From assembly GCA_021847575.1 (NCBI GenBank), contig JAJZQO010000002.1, positions 22,829 through 86,828 of the forward strand: a stretch of DNA of 64,000 bases, read 5' to 3'. The number at the start of each line of letters is the position of its first letter. Positions within the stretch are counted from its first letter, which is position 1. The DNA is from Bacillota bacterium. GTDB lineage: Bacteria; Bacillota; Sulfobacillia; JAJZYS01; JAJYTV01. The notes beneath the pieces were generated by a model. That model did no database searches and was not told where the DNA came from. It was given only the letters and a program-made list of their open reading frames with translations. Both the position numbers and the translations under genes were made by a program. Positions 30,471 through 40,347 of the stretch are shown here, in pieces.

Positions 30471-31946
30471 GTGCAATCCGCGGTGTCTTTTCTTTTGGCT
30501 CTCGTCGGCAGTTTCGTTGCGGGCCTGGTGCTCCTCGCGCTGTTCGCGGCCGTCTTCACGCCGCTCCTGCAGGCGCTTGGCCGCCGCTTCATGGGCATTC
30601 TCGTGCGCGAGAGCTACACGGGCAATGTGATCTCGCTGGTCAATACGATGCAGCGCCTGGGCCCGCAGACCATGGGCGAGCTGATGCTGCGCTCGGGTTC
30701 CGACGGCAAGGTGATCCAGCGCCCCTTGGGTACGCCGCGCCACCTCTCCCCATGGCAGGACCTGCTCTTCAACCCCGCGCAGCTCGGGCGGCCGCCGCTG
30801 ACGGCGGAGGCCAAGGTCGACCTTGGGGTGGTGATCGGCCCGAAGGCCAAGCGCCCCCTGCGGATCGACATCCCCTTGCTCATCGCGGGCATGTCGTACG
30901 GCGGCGCGCTTACGGCGGACGTCAAGGTGGCTCTGGCCCATGCGGCGAACCAGGTCGGCACCGCGACCAACACCGGCGAGGCCTTCCTCGCCGAGGAACG
31001 GCGCGCAGCACACAAGCTGATCGTGCAGTACCATCGCGGCACATGGCCGATGTCGCCGCAGAACCACCCGCAGCTGCTGGCCTCCGCCGACGCCATCGAG
31101 ATACAGATCGGACAGGGTGCGCAGGCGGGCGCTCCGATGCGAACGCCGGCGCAGATCGTGCGCCCCGAGCAGCGCAAGGCGTACGGCTTGGCTCCCGGCA
31201 AGGATGCTGTCATCGACGGGCGGCTTCAGGGCGTGCAGGATGCGTCGGACCTCGCCGAACTTGTCAAGCGGCTGCGCGAAGCCTACGAAGTGCCGGTCGG
31301 GCTGAAATTTGCGCCAAGCGACCGTATCGAGCAGGATCTCGACGACCTGGCCGCGGCACCAGTCGACTTCATCTGCCTGGACGGGGCAGAGGGGGGAACG
31401 CATGGCGGACCCACGATCCTGCAGGACGACTTCGGTCTGCCGACGATGCACGCCATCGCCCGCGCCGACGCGCACCTGCGCCGCAGCGGCCGGCGCGCGG
31501 AGTTGTCCCTGATCGCCTCGGGCGGCCTGCACACCCCTGGAATGTGTCTCAAGGCCCTGGCTCTCGGTGCCGATGCCTGCTACCTGGGCACAAGCGTGCT
31601 CGTGGCCGCCGTCAGCGAGCAGGCTATCAACATCGCGCCGTGGGAGCCGCCCTACAGCATGCTGCTGCAGAGCGGCAGCCGCCGCGGGCGCTTCTCGGTC
31701 GACAACGCAACGCAGCGCCTCACAGCCTTCCTGCGCTCGTCGACGGCGGAGATCGAGATCGGCATGCGCGCTTTGGGTAAGGGCGCCCTGGCGGAACTCG
31801 GCCGTCAGGACATGATCGCCCTGACCCCGCTGACGTCCGCCCTGACAGGTTGCCGCCTGCCGCTCGGTCCGGTCGGGCAGGAGTCGGACGTCGGCTACCG
31901 GCCTATCGATCGGAAAGACGGCGAACACCCGAGAGCCCTGCACTGA
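30471..31946 (+). CDS. FMN-binding glutamate synthase family protein (GltS domain-2-like), membrane-anchored
   Basis: 491 aa. N-terminal TM helix. MSYGG..., IQIGQGAQAGAP and ASGGL FMN/Fe-S-type motifs of the GltB central-domain family. Confidence 0.7.
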   Translation: MQSAVSFLLALVGSFVAGLVLLALFAAVFTPLLQALGRRFMGILVRESYTGNVISLVNTMQRLGPQTMGELMLRSGSDGKVIQRPLGTPRHLSPWQDLLFNPAQLGRPPLTAEAKVDLGVVIGPKAKRPLRIDIPLLIAGMSYGGALTADVKVALAHAANQVGTATNTGEAFLAEERRAAHKLIVQYHRGTWPMSPQNHPQLLASADAIEIQIGQGAQAGAPMRTPAQIVRPEQRKAYGLAPGKDAVIDGRLQGVQDASDLAELVKRLREAYEVPVGLKFAPSDRIEQDLDDLAAAPVDFICLDGAEGGTHGGPTILQDDFGLPTMHAIARADAHLRRSGRRAELSLIASGGLHTPGMCLKALALGADACYLGTSVLVAAVSEQAINIAPWEPPYSMLLQSGSRRGRFSVDNATQRLTAFLRSSTAEIEIGMRALGKGALAELGRQDMIALTPLTSALTGCRLPLGPVGQESDVGYRPIDRKDGEHPRALH

Positions 31947-32027
31947 AGAGGATATCTAAGGTTGTCCTGTCGAATTCCTCCGAACCGGGCACTCCGCAGT
32001 GGCCTGGACCCGGAGGCTTCGAGAGGA

Positions 32028-32912
32028 GTGAGGCTCGTGAGCACGAGCTTGTGGATCGTCGTCATCGTTGTTCTCCTGATCCTGCTCGGCATACGCTTCG
32101 TCCAGCAGGGCACAATGGGCGTCGTCGTGCGCTTCGGACGTTTCAGCCGCACGGCCCAGCCGGGCATCGCGGTGATCATCCCCTTCCTTGAGACGCTGCG
32201 GCGCGTGTCGACGCGCTCGCAGACGATCCAGATGCCCGCATCGCCGGTGTTGACAGGTGACAACGTCTCACCGGTGATCGACGCGTACTTCGTCTTCCGC
32301 GTCGTCAGCCCGCGGGACTTCCTCTTCGAGATCCAGAACCCCGTGGAGACGGTGCAGGCCATCATGTTCTCGACGATCCGCCGGGTGATCGCGGAGATGC
32401 ACCTCTCAGAGGCGATGGCGGCTCGCGACAAGATCGACGCCGAGCTGCGCAAGGAACTGGACGAGAAGACGGCTGGCTGGGGCTTCCGCGTCGAGCAGGT
32501 CGCCATCCGGGACTTCCAGTTGCCACCTGAGATGAAGCAGTCCATGGAGCAGCAGAAGATCGCGGACGCTCAGCGGCACGCGGCGATCAACACGGCGGAG
32601 GGCCAGAAGCAGGCTGCCATCCTCGCCGCCGAGGGTCAGCGCCAGGCGGCGATCACCGAGGCTGAAGGACGCGCTCAGGCCATCCTGACGGTTGCGCAGG
32701 CCGAGTCTCAGGCGATCCAGAAGGTCTACGGCGCCTACCTGGGACAGGGTGGCACGCCGGAGGCCATGCAAGCCGTCATCACGGTGCGCAGCCTCGAGGC
32801 GCTCGAGAGGGTCGCGAACGGCCAGGCCACCAAGATCCTGCTGCCGAACAACCTCGCCAGTCTCGCGGGCACGCTCGCGGGACTCGCTGAGGTCGGCAAG
32901 AGCGCCACCTAG
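32028..32912 (+). CDS. SPFH/band-7 (stomatin/prohibitin-like) membrane protein
   Basis: N-terminal TM followed by an SPFH domain and an Ala/Gln-rich coiled-coil tail (AEGQKQAAILAAEGQRQAAITEAEGRAQA). GTG start with a GAGGAGTGAGG RBS. Confidence 0.75.
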   Translation: MRLVSTSLWIVVIVVLLILLGIRFVQQGTMGVVVRFGRFSRTAQPGIAVIIPFLETLRRVSTRSQTIQMPASPVLTGDNVSPVIDAYFVFRVVSPRDFLFEIQNPVETVQAIMFSTIRRVIAEMHLSEAMAARDKIDAELRKELDEKTAGWGFRVEQVAIRDFQLPPEMKQSMEQQKIADAQRHAAINTAEGQKQAAILAAEGQRQAAITEAEGRAQAILTVAQAESQAIQKVYGAYLGQGGTPEAMQAVITVRSLEALERVANGQATKILLPNNLASLAGTLAGLAEVGKSAT

Positions 32913-32967
32913 CACAGCGCGCAGCAGCAGGGGAGGACCGCATCGAGCGGTCCTCCCCTGCTGCTGC

Positions 32968-33753
32968 TTACCCGCCCTGGTCTTCGTCCTCCTCGCGCCA
33001 GATGGACTTGACCGTCTCGTATGTCGCCGGATAGTCGGCCGTGTAACGCAGGTAGTGCGGAATCGGGTAGCGCACGCCGCCCTGATGCGTACCAACCAGG
33101 CCACGCGCGAACGATTCGGCAGCGGCCCACGGCAAGGTGAAGGCCATCTCGTGGTCCTGGGTCTGGCCAAAGACGCGATCTCCGTAGCAGGGCAGGATCA
33201 CCTGGGGCATCCCGGTCTGCCGCGTGCGGTTTACGATCTCCGCGCAGTCGGCCCTGGCGCTGAACTCGGACGTGATGCTGCCGCCCGTCTCGAAGAGCGC
33301 AGCGGCCACCATGCGCATCACCTGCGCGGAGTTGCCATAGACGGCCACCACCTCGGGCTCGAAACGAGCCGAGCGCAGCGGGCCGACCAGCACCGTGCCT
33401 GCGACCTCGGCGCGCGGCACGCTGGCTTCGGTGCGCAAGGCCCCCTCGCGATCCTTCGCGTACATCCCCTCGGCCAGCCGCCCTTCGGCATAGAACGCCG
33501 GTGGTCTGCGGAACGCGAATGCCACCGAGGCGATCGGGCACGAAAGGTCCTCACCCGCCATCGCTATCGTCCAACCGTAGCGCCTCGCCATCGATACGCC
33601 TTGGCAGATGCTGACCTGGATGCCCAGGTCAGCCTTCGGCCTGCGCGTGCGCTCCGGCACCTCCTCGCCTTCCGCCATCACGCGAAGCGCGAGCGGGAAG
33701 GTCTCCGGCCGGACGTAGCGCTCGATCTCCTCGCTGAGCTCAGCGGCTGTCAT
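32968..33753 (-). CDS. Hypothetical protein, possibly DUF169 family
   Basis: 261-aa soluble protein. GGGGGGAG RBS before the ATG at 33753. Family assignment from memory only. Confidence 0.4.
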   Translation of the reverse strand: MTAAELSEEIERYVRPETFPLALRVMAEGEEVPERTRRPKADLGIQVSICQGVSMARRYGWTIAMAGEDLSCPIASVAFAFRRPPAFYAEGRLAEGMYAKDREGALRTEASVPRAEVAGTVLVGPLRSARFEPEVVAVYGNSAQVMRMVAAALFETGGSITSEFSARADCAEIVNRTRQTGMPQVILPCYGDRVFGQTQDHEMAFTLPWAAAESFARGLVGTHQGGVRYPIPHYLRYTADYPATYETVKSIWREEDEDQGG

Positions 33754-33863
33754 GGCGCTCCCCCCCTGTGCATCAAGGCGGCTTTCGCCACCTGCGGCAC
33801 GCGCGCCTGCCCACTTGTACACGAAGGTGCCGACCAAAGCCGCAACGAACCTAATCATCCACA

Positions 33864-36371
33864 ATGAGGGAGGCGACTGTGTTGCGCCTGCTGCGAGCCG
33901 TCCTGCTACTCGCCGTGGCCGTCCTCGTCACCGTGGTGCTGTCGATCCCGCTGGGTCCTTTGCCGCCTCTTCTGCCCCTGCTCAATCCCGGGCAGGGCGT
34001 CTGGTCGGTCGCCGGCCAGGCGGTACCTGCCAGCGGAGACACCCTGCAGCTCCCTGGACTCAGGCATCAGGTCACTGTCACCTGGTCCAAAGGCGGGGTG
34101 CCGCATGTCTTCGCCGCAAACGACCACGACCTCTTCTTCATGCAGGGCTACCTTGAGGCATCGAACCGGCTCTTCCAGATGGATGCCATGCGGCGCGAGG
34201 GTGAAGGCACACTTGCCGCCGTTCTGGGCAAGACGGCACTCAAGAACGACGAGCAGTTCCTGAGCTACGGCCTTCTTGTCGGGGCCCAGCGCACCCTCCG
34301 AGCGATGCAGCGGACAGCTGCCGGTCGACAGGCACTTGCGGTCCTCGACGCCTACAGTGCCGGCGTCAACCTGCTCATCGAGCAGGACGAGGCGGGACAC
34401 AAGCTACCACTGCTCTTCAACCTGCTCGGATACCGGCCGAAGCCATGGACGCCGCTCGACAGCCTGGTGGTGCAGGAGGACATGCAGCAGGACCTCTCGC
34501 TCAACCTCACGGCGCTCGACATGGCCGTGCTCGTGCAGCGCTTCGGCCCCGCGCTGGCGAACTCGCTGCTGCCTCTCCTGCCGCCGAACGCGCAGCACCC
34601 CTACGATCCGGGTCCCTACGCGAGCCCGTCCGCCGCTCCCCTGCCACCCGTCGCGGTGGGGACAGCAATCGCGAAGGCATCGGCCGCCATAGCCGGTCGC
34701 GTCCTCGACACGCCCACGCTCTACGCGGGTGCCTTCCAGGGCCTCGAGATGAGCAACAACTGGGTCGTCGGCGGTCAGCTCACAGCGTCGGGCAAGCCCC
34801 TGCTCGCAGGCGATCCGCACCTGAACCTGACCCTGCCTTCGATCTGGTACGAGATCCAGCTCGACGATCCCCGCTACGACGTGGCAGGGGTGAGCATCCC
34901 TGGTACACCAGGCATCCTCATAGGCCACAACGCGCAGATCGCGTGGAGCCTGACCGACACCGAAAGCCAGAGCACCTTCTTCTACGTCGAGCGCCTTAAC
35001 GGCAGCCACCCGACCAAGTACCTCTTCGACGGCACCTGGCATCCGCTGACGTGGCACCGCTATACCCTCAAGGTCGGCGGTGGCAAGACCGTCCAATACG
35101 ACGTGCCCTGGACTAACAATGGCCCGATCCTGACGGCCGACGGCCAGACGGTCGCCATGGACTGGACGGGGCAGCTGGCTTCGCAGGACTTGACGGCGCT
35201 GCTCGCGGTCAACCAGGCGCAGGACTGGCAGCAATTCAAGACGGCCCTGCTGCCCTGGAACAATCCGCCGCACAACTTCATCTTCGCGGACAAGGCCGGC
35301 GAGATCGGCATCATCGCCCCCGGCTTCTACCCGATCTTCCCCAAGGGTGTGCGGCCCTGGCTGCCGATGAACGGCACGGGCGGGGCGGAATGGAGCGGCA
35401 GGATTCCCGAGAGCGCCGTGCCCCAGTCCTACGATCCGCCATCCCACTTCCTCTGGTCCGCCAACCAGCGTCCGGTCGCGGCGAACTACCCCTACTACAT
35501 CGGTACGGCATGGGACTGGTTCTCCAACGGCTATCGGGCCGACACGATCTACGGCTACCTGGCGGACCCAGGCAACCGTCCCTTCACCGTGGCCAAGATG
35601 GAACAGCTGCAAGCGGACAACCAGGACTACCTGGCCCTGCATATGGCGCCACTGATCGCGCACGCGGGCCGCGAGCTCGCTCTCGGAGGAGCGGTCGGCC
35701 AGGCTGTGGCCAGCCTTGGCTCGTGGTCAGGCGTCATGGCCCGCGACTCCGTACAGGCGACGATCTTCAACGCCTTCTGGCAGGCCTACATGCAGGCGAC
35801 CTTCGGTCCCTGGTGGCGCCAGGCGAAGGTGCCGGTCAAGAGCGACCCGGACCTGGCCATCTCGCAGGGCCTCACGCCGCTCGTGGAAGACCTGCAGGTC
35901 TGGACGCTCGACCATCAGAGGTCGCCTTGGCTGATGGACCCCGCGACGCATCGGATGCGGACCACCGACGAACTGATGCGTCAGGCCCTGCGGCAGGCTC
36001 TCGCTACCCTCGGCAAGACGCTCGGCCCGAACCCCGCCCACTGGCAGTGGGGACGCCTGCACAAGCGACTCTTCGCTTCGCTCTCTGGTCTTACCGCATT
36101 GGCGCGCGGCCCGTACGCTTCGGGCGGGGACCAGAACTCGCCTGACGCGGCTGAACCGGGCCTCGTGGCCACGTCGGGCCCTTCCTGGCGCATGGTGGTC
36201 GACCTCGCCGACCTCTCGGCCTCCCAGGCCATCTACCCTGGCGGGCAGTCGGAGAATCCCGTGTCGGCGGACTACGCGAACTTCCTGCCCTACTGGCTCC
36301 ACTACCGCTACCTGCCCTTCGTGTGGGCCAGCCGCGCCACCGCTGGCGCGCGGACCACCTACCAGCCCTGA
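33864..36371 (+). CDS. Penicillin acylase family protein (Ntn-hydrolase, peptidase S45)
   Basis: 835 aa. N-terminal signal/TM. MQGYLEASNRLFQMD in the alpha-subunit and the catalytic nucleophile motif GLEMSNNWVVGG at the start of the beta-subunit. An alternative GTG start at 33879 has a better RBS. Confidence 0.8.
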   Translation: MREATVLRLLRAVLLLAVAVLVTVVLSIPLGPLPPLLPLLNPGQGVWSVAGQAVPASGDTLQLPGLRHQVTVTWSKGGVPHVFAANDHDLFFMQGYLEASNRLFQMDAMRREGEGTLAAVLGKTALKNDEQFLSYGLLVGAQRTLRAMQRTAAGRQALAVLDAYSAGVNLLIEQDEAGHKLPLLFNLLGYRPKPWTPLDSLVVQEDMQQDLSLNLTALDMAVLVQRFGPALANSLLPLLPPNAQHPYDPGPYASPSAAPLPPVAVGTAIAKASAAIAGRVLDTPTLYAGAFQGLEMSNNWVVGGQLTASGKPLLAGDPHLNLTLPSIWYEIQLDDPRYDVAGVSIPGTPGILIGHNAQIAWSLTDTESQSTFFYVERLNGSHPTKYLFDGTWHPLTWHRYTLKVGGGKTVQYDVPWTNNGPILTADGQTVAMDWTGQLASQDLTALLAVNQAQDWQQFKTALLPWNNPPHNFIFADKAGEIGIIAPGFYPIFPKGVRPWLPMNGTGGAEWSGRIPESAVPQSYDPPSHFLWSANQRPVAANYPYYIGTAWDWFSNGYRADTIYGYLADPGNRPFTVAKMEQLQADNQDYLALHMAPLIAHAGRELALGGAVGQAVASLGSWSGVMARDSVQATIFNAFWQAYMQATFGPWWRQAKVPVKSDPDLAISQGLTPLVEDLQVWTLDHQRSPWLMDPATHRMRTTDELMRQALRQALATLGKTLGPNPAHWQWGRLHKRLFASLSGLTALARGPYASGGDQNSPDAAEPGLVATSGPSWRMVVDLADLSASQAIYPGGQSENPVSADYANFLPYWLHYRYLPFVWASRATAGARTTYQP

Positions 36372-36383
36372 GGAGGCTTTAGC

Positions 36384-36770
36384 ATGCCGCAGGCTTCGCG
36401 AATCGCCGCTTTCCTGGCCGCTCTCATCCTGACCTGGCTTCTGACGCTCTGGCTCGGCGCCTGGGGCCCGCTGGTCGCAGGCGTCCTCGCCGGGCGCTTC
36501 GCGCCACGGCGTGGCGGTTTCATCTACCCGGCGCTGGGCGGCCTCGTGGCGTGGCTCGCCTGGTTCGCCGCCACAGCTCTGACGGCTCCGCTCATCCCGC
36601 TTGCGCGACTGCTCGGCGCAATCGTCGGCATCGGTGCTGCGGGCGGACTGGCGCTGACCGTGATCGCCAGCGTGCTCTGCGCTGTCGTGGTGGGGCTCGG
36701 CGCTCTCGCCGGTGCCGCGATCTTCGCGCTGATCCACCCTCCCGCCGCAGATTCCACGCTTGCGGGCTGA
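36384..36770 (+). CDS. Small integral membrane protein (about 4 TM), hypothetical
   Basis: 128 aa. GAGGAGG RBS. Starts 12 nt after the acylase stop and precedes cydA. Confidence 0.5.
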   Translation: MPQASRIAAFLAALILTWLLTLWLGAWGPLVAGVLAGRFAPRRGGFIYPALGGLVAWLAWFAATALTAPLIPLARLLGAIVGIGAAGGLALTVIASVLCAVVVGLGALAGAAIFALIHPPAADSTLAG

Positions 36771-36850
36771 AGCCACTTTCCGCCAGTCGCGGCGCAGGCG
36801 GGATTGCAGATACTGACGGGCGAGCCACCATCTGAGGAGGCGCCGCCTGG

Positions 36851-38161
36851 TTGGAGAATCTCGTCGCCGCCCGCATCCAAATGGGCTTCACGCTGGGCTT
36901 TCACATGCTGTTTGCCGCGTTCGGCGTCGGCTTCCCGCTGCTGATGGTGCTTGCGGAAGGCATGGCGCTGCGCGGCGGTCCCGCCCACTATCTGAAGCTC
37001 GCCCAAATCTGGGGCAAGGCCAATGCCCTGCTGTTCGCGGTGGGCGCCGTCAGCGGCACGGCGCTGGCGTTCGAGCTCGGCCTGCTTTGGCCGGGGTTCA
37101 TGCTGTTGGCCGGCAGCACGATCGGCGCCGGCTTCGCCAGCGAAGCATTCGCCTTCTTCATCGAAGCGATCTTCATCGGTCTCTACTTGTATGGCTGGAA
37201 TCGGCTAAGCCCTTTGGGCCACTGGCTGACCGGCATCCCCATCGTGATCGGCGGCATGGCGTCCGCCGCGCTCGTCGTCTCCGTCGACGCGTGGATGCAG
37301 CATCCCGTAGGCGCCGCATCGCTCCTGCGGACACCTGCGCGCGCGGCGCCCCTCGCGATGCTGTTCCAGAACCCGCACTGGCCAGTCATGGCACTCCACG
37401 CCACGATCGCCTGCCTGGCCGCCACAGGCTTCACCCTGGCTACGGTGTACGCCATGGGGATGCTGCGCGGCCGACGCGACGAGATCCACAAGGCGGGGCT
37501 GCGCATCGCAATGGTGTTGGCGACCGGGTCCGCCATCCTGATGCCCTTGACGGGCGACATGAGCGGAAAGGCCGTGGCAGCGTTCCAGCCGACCAAGCTG
37601 GCGGCGATGGAGTCCCAGTTCCGCACGCAGACCGCCGCGCCACTGCGCATCGGCGGCTTGCCGGACCCGAAGGCGCGCACGGTCAACTATGCTCTCGAGA
37701 TTCCCGGTGGCCTGAGCTGGCTTGCCTATGGCCGGAGCTCCGCGAGGGTCGTCGGCCTGGACCATGTCAGGACGGCAGACTGGCCCGACGTGCCGGTGAC
37801 CCACGTATCCTTTCAAGTGATGGTGGGAGCGGGCCTGCTGATGGTCGTGATCGCCCTCTACTACTGGTGGAACATGCGTTCGCGGGGAGGCGGACTGACC
37901 AGAAGTCTCCTCGGTGCCCTCGTCGCCGGCGGTCCGCTTGCGTTCTTCGCGCTCGAGACAGGCTGGATGGTGACGGAGGTCGGGCGGCAGCCGTGGGTCG
38001 TCTATGGTGTGCAGCGCACGGCGGACGCGGTCACGCCCGCGCATGATCTGCTCGGTTACCTGATCGGCTACGCCCTGCTCTACCTGCTGCTGGGCACGAC
38101 GGTGATCTGGCTCCTGCGCCGGGTCGAACGAGAGGCGCCGGCCCTGGAGGAAGCGGCATGA
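36851..38161 (+). CDS. cydA: Cytochrome bd ubiquinol/menaquinol oxidase subunit I
   Basis: 436 aa. Conserved N-terminus MGFTLGFHMLFAAFGVGFPLL and Q-loop region. TTG start. Confidence 0.85.
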   Translation: MENLVAARIQMGFTLGFHMLFAAFGVGFPLLMVLAEGMALRGGPAHYLKLAQIWGKANALLFAVGAVSGTALAFELGLLWPGFMLLAGSTIGAGFASEAFAFFIEAIFIGLYLYGWNRLSPLGHWLTGIPIVIGGMASAALVVSVDAWMQHPVGAASLLRTPARAAPLAMLFQNPHWPVMALHATIACLAATGFTLATVYAMGMLRGRRDEIHKAGLRIAMVLATGSAILMPLTGDMSGKAVAAFQPTKLAAMESQFRTQTAAPLRIGGLPDPKARTVNYALEIPGGLSWLAYGRSSARVVGLDHVRTADWPDVPVTHVSFQVMVGAGLLMVVIALYYWWNMRSRGGGLTRSLLGALVAGGPLAFFALETGWMVTEVGRQPWVVYGVQRTADAVTPAHDLLGYLIGYALLYLLLGTTVIWLLRRVEREAPALEEAA

Positions 38162-39168
38162 CAGCGGGAGTGCCTTGGCCGGACGTGGCCTGGCTCGTCG
38201 CCGTCGCCGCCATGACCGCCTACATGCTGCTGGGCGGGGCGGACTTCGGCGGCGGCGTCTGGGACCTCTTCGCCTGGGGACAGGATGCGGCGTTGCAGCG
38301 GCGCGCGATCGCGCGGGCGATGGGTCCGGTCTGGGAAGCGAACCACGTCTGGCTGATCTTTCTCCTGATCCTGCTGTTCACGCTTTTCCCGATCGCGTTC
38401 CACCGGCTGGTCATCGGTCTCTATCTGCCGCTCAACCTCGTCCTGCTCGGCATCATCCTGCGCGGAGCGGCCTTTGTCTTCCGGGCGCATGGTCGCCGCG
38501 GCATCGGCCCACAGTCCACGTGGGGCAGGACATTCGGAGCAGCCAGCAGCCTGACGGTCGTGCTGCTCGGCGCGTCGCTCGCCGCGACCTCCTCCGGCGG
38601 GGATCTCACCATCGCCTGGCGCTCGTGGCTCAGCCCCTTCGCCATCGTGACGGGCCTCTTCGCGCTGTCCGCAACCGCCTACCTGGCCGCCACCTACTTG
38701 ACGCTCGAGGCGTCCGGCGGACTGCGCAAGACCTTCCGCGCCAGGGCACTGCTGGCGGGGGAAGCCGCCGGACTCGCCGCCGTCCTGGGCCTCGCCCTCA
38801 TGCCGTTCGAGGCGCCGCGCCTCTTCCTGCGTCTCGTGGCCCCGGATGTCCTCGGCCTCGCTCTCCTTGCGGCCGGGCTGGGCGCAGGGTCATACGCGAG
38901 TCTGCGCGCAGGGCAGGACCGGCTCGGCAGGTCTCTTGCGGCCGCCACCCTGTCGGTGCTGCTCTGGTCCTGGGCCGCGGCGCAGTGGCCATACATCATC
39001 TATCCCGGCTTCACCGTGCGCGGGAGCGCCGCGCCGGCCCTGGCTGTGCGACAGGTGCTGACGCTGGTGCCGTTCGGCCTCGTGCTCCTGCTCCCGTCGC
39101 TCTGGCTCCTGTTCCACGTGTTCAAGGGCCGCTTGCCGATCGACGGCGACGCGGGACCCGCCCGCTAG
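38158..39168 (+). CDS. cydB: Cytochrome bd oxidase subunit II
   Basis: 336 aa, overlaps the cydA stop (ATGA). Typical CydB hydrophobic profile and the EANHVWL motif. Confidence 0.85.
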   Translation: MTAGVPWPDVAWLVAVAAMTAYMLLGGADFGGGVWDLFAWGQDAALQRRAIARAMGPVWEANHVWLIFLLILLFTLFPIAFHRLVIGLYLPLNLVLLGIILRGAAFVFRAHGRRGIGPQSTWGRTFGAASSLTVVLLGASLAATSSGGDLTIAWRSWLSPFAIVTGLFALSATAYLAATYLTLEASGGLRKTFRARALLAGEAAGLAAVLGLALMPFEAPRLFLRLVAPDVLGLALLAAGLGAGSYASLRAGQDRLGRSLAAATLSVLLWSWAAAQWPYIIYPGFTVRGSAAPALAVRQVLTLVPFGLVLLLPSLWLLFHVFKGRLPIDGDAGPAR

Positions 39169-39287
39169 GGCGCAGTCCGGCCGGGGACACGGGACAGCCG
39201 GGTCCGCGCGGGTCGGTGCAGGGCCTCGCATGGGCAGAAAAAAACGAAGCCCCGGCATGGCGCCGAAGCTCCGTCTCACGCACGCGT

Positions 39288-39641
39288 TCAGCAGTGCGAA
39301 TGGGCTTCCTGTCCGTCTTCGGTTGTGAACGAGTGGCCGCACGAGCACTGGTGCACGGCGTTCGGGTTGTGGATCGTGAAGCCGGCGCCCTCGATCGTGT
39401 CGATGTAGTCGATCTCTGCTCCCTTGAGCAGCGGCGCCGAGTTTTCGTCGATCACCAGCCGCACCCCCTGCACCTCGGCGATCGTGTCGCCCTCGCGCTC
39501 CTCGGTGTCAAAGGCCATGCCGTAGTTGAAGCCGGCGCAGCCGCCGCCCGAGACGAAAAGCCTGAGGCTGTACGGGCCATTGCCCTCCTGTGCCATCAAC
39601 TCCTGCACCTTCAGCGCAGCAGTTGTCGAAATCTCGACCAT
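39288..39641 (-). CDS. Iron-sulfur cluster insertion protein (HesB/IscA/ErpA family)
   Basis: 117 aa with C-x...-C-G-C ligand Cys (GGGCAGF..., CSCGHSF). Confidence 0.85.
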   Translation of the reverse strand: MVEISTTAALKVQELMAQEGNGPYSLRLFVSGGGCAGFNYGMAFDTEEREGDTIAEVQGVRLVIDENSAPLLKGAEIDYIDTIEGAGFTIHNPNAVHQCSCGHSFTTEDGQEAHSHC

Positions 39642-39695
39642 ATTTCTCGCCTCCCCTCAACCTGTCGCGCCAATGCGGCGGACCGTATGGCTGCA

Positions 39696-40322
39696 TTATA
39701 GCATGAGTTCGCCCCGAGACCTCGGCGGCGGCTTCGCCACGATCAGCTGCACGAGGCCGCCCGCAACCTCGTCTACGCGCTCCGGCAAAAGGCCCGCCAT
39801 GCGCACATAATCGAGTGTGCGGCGGTTGATGTTCTCGCCCATCAGCCAGAGCGTCAGCGGATTGAGAACATCCTGCAGGCAGCCTAGGGCGCCCGGCACG
39901 CGAACGTGCTCGAGCAACACGACGCGCCCGTCCGGCCGCACGACGCGTCTTGCCTCGCGGAGTCCCTGCAGCGGATCGGGCACGGTGCAGAAGACGCATG
40001 TCGCGAGGACCGTGTCGAACGATTGATCCGGAAATTCGAGCGCCTGGACATCCATCAGGCGAAGGTCGCAGGGCACGGACGGCGTCCGCCCGTAAGCCCC
40101 CGCCAGCATAGCCGCGCTGAAATCGACGCCGGTCACGCGGCTGACCTCGTGCGGGTCGTAGAGCGGCAGGTTGCCGCCAGTGCCGACGCCGAGCTCCAGC
40201 ACAGCGCCCCTGGCCTCGGCGAGCGCAAGCAGGCGCCATTCCCTGCGGATCTGCCGGTCCGCATAGTGATAGAAGCGGGCATTGCGGTCGTAGCGTCGCT
40301 TGGCGTGCGCGGTCGCGCGCAA
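39696..40322 (-). CDS. Class I SAM-dependent methyltransferase
   Basis: VLELGVGTGGN motif I. ORF 39696..40439 overlaps dapB; a TTG start at 40322 is proposed, so the start is uncertain. Confidence 0.55.
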   Translation of the reverse strand: MRATAHAKRRYDRNARFYHYADRQIRREWRLLALAEARGAVLELGVGTGGNLPLYDPHEVSRVTGVDFSAAMLAGAYGRTPSVPCDLRLMDVQALEFPDQSFDTVLATCVFCTVPDPLQGLREARRVVRPDGRVVLLEHVRVPGALGCLQDVLNPLTLWLMGENINRRTLDYVRMAGLLPERVDEVAGGLVQLIVAKPPPRSRGELML

Positions 40323-40347
40323 GTCGTGCGCCGACCGACCCCCGTGC

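Noticed and set aside
39169-39287. A7 run and GC-rich segments between the convergent cydB and erpA genes, considered as a bidirectional terminator.
   Set aside because: The flanking GC segments are direct rather than inverted repeats (CGAAGC...CGAAGC), so no stable hairpin adjoins the A/T run. Left uncalled.
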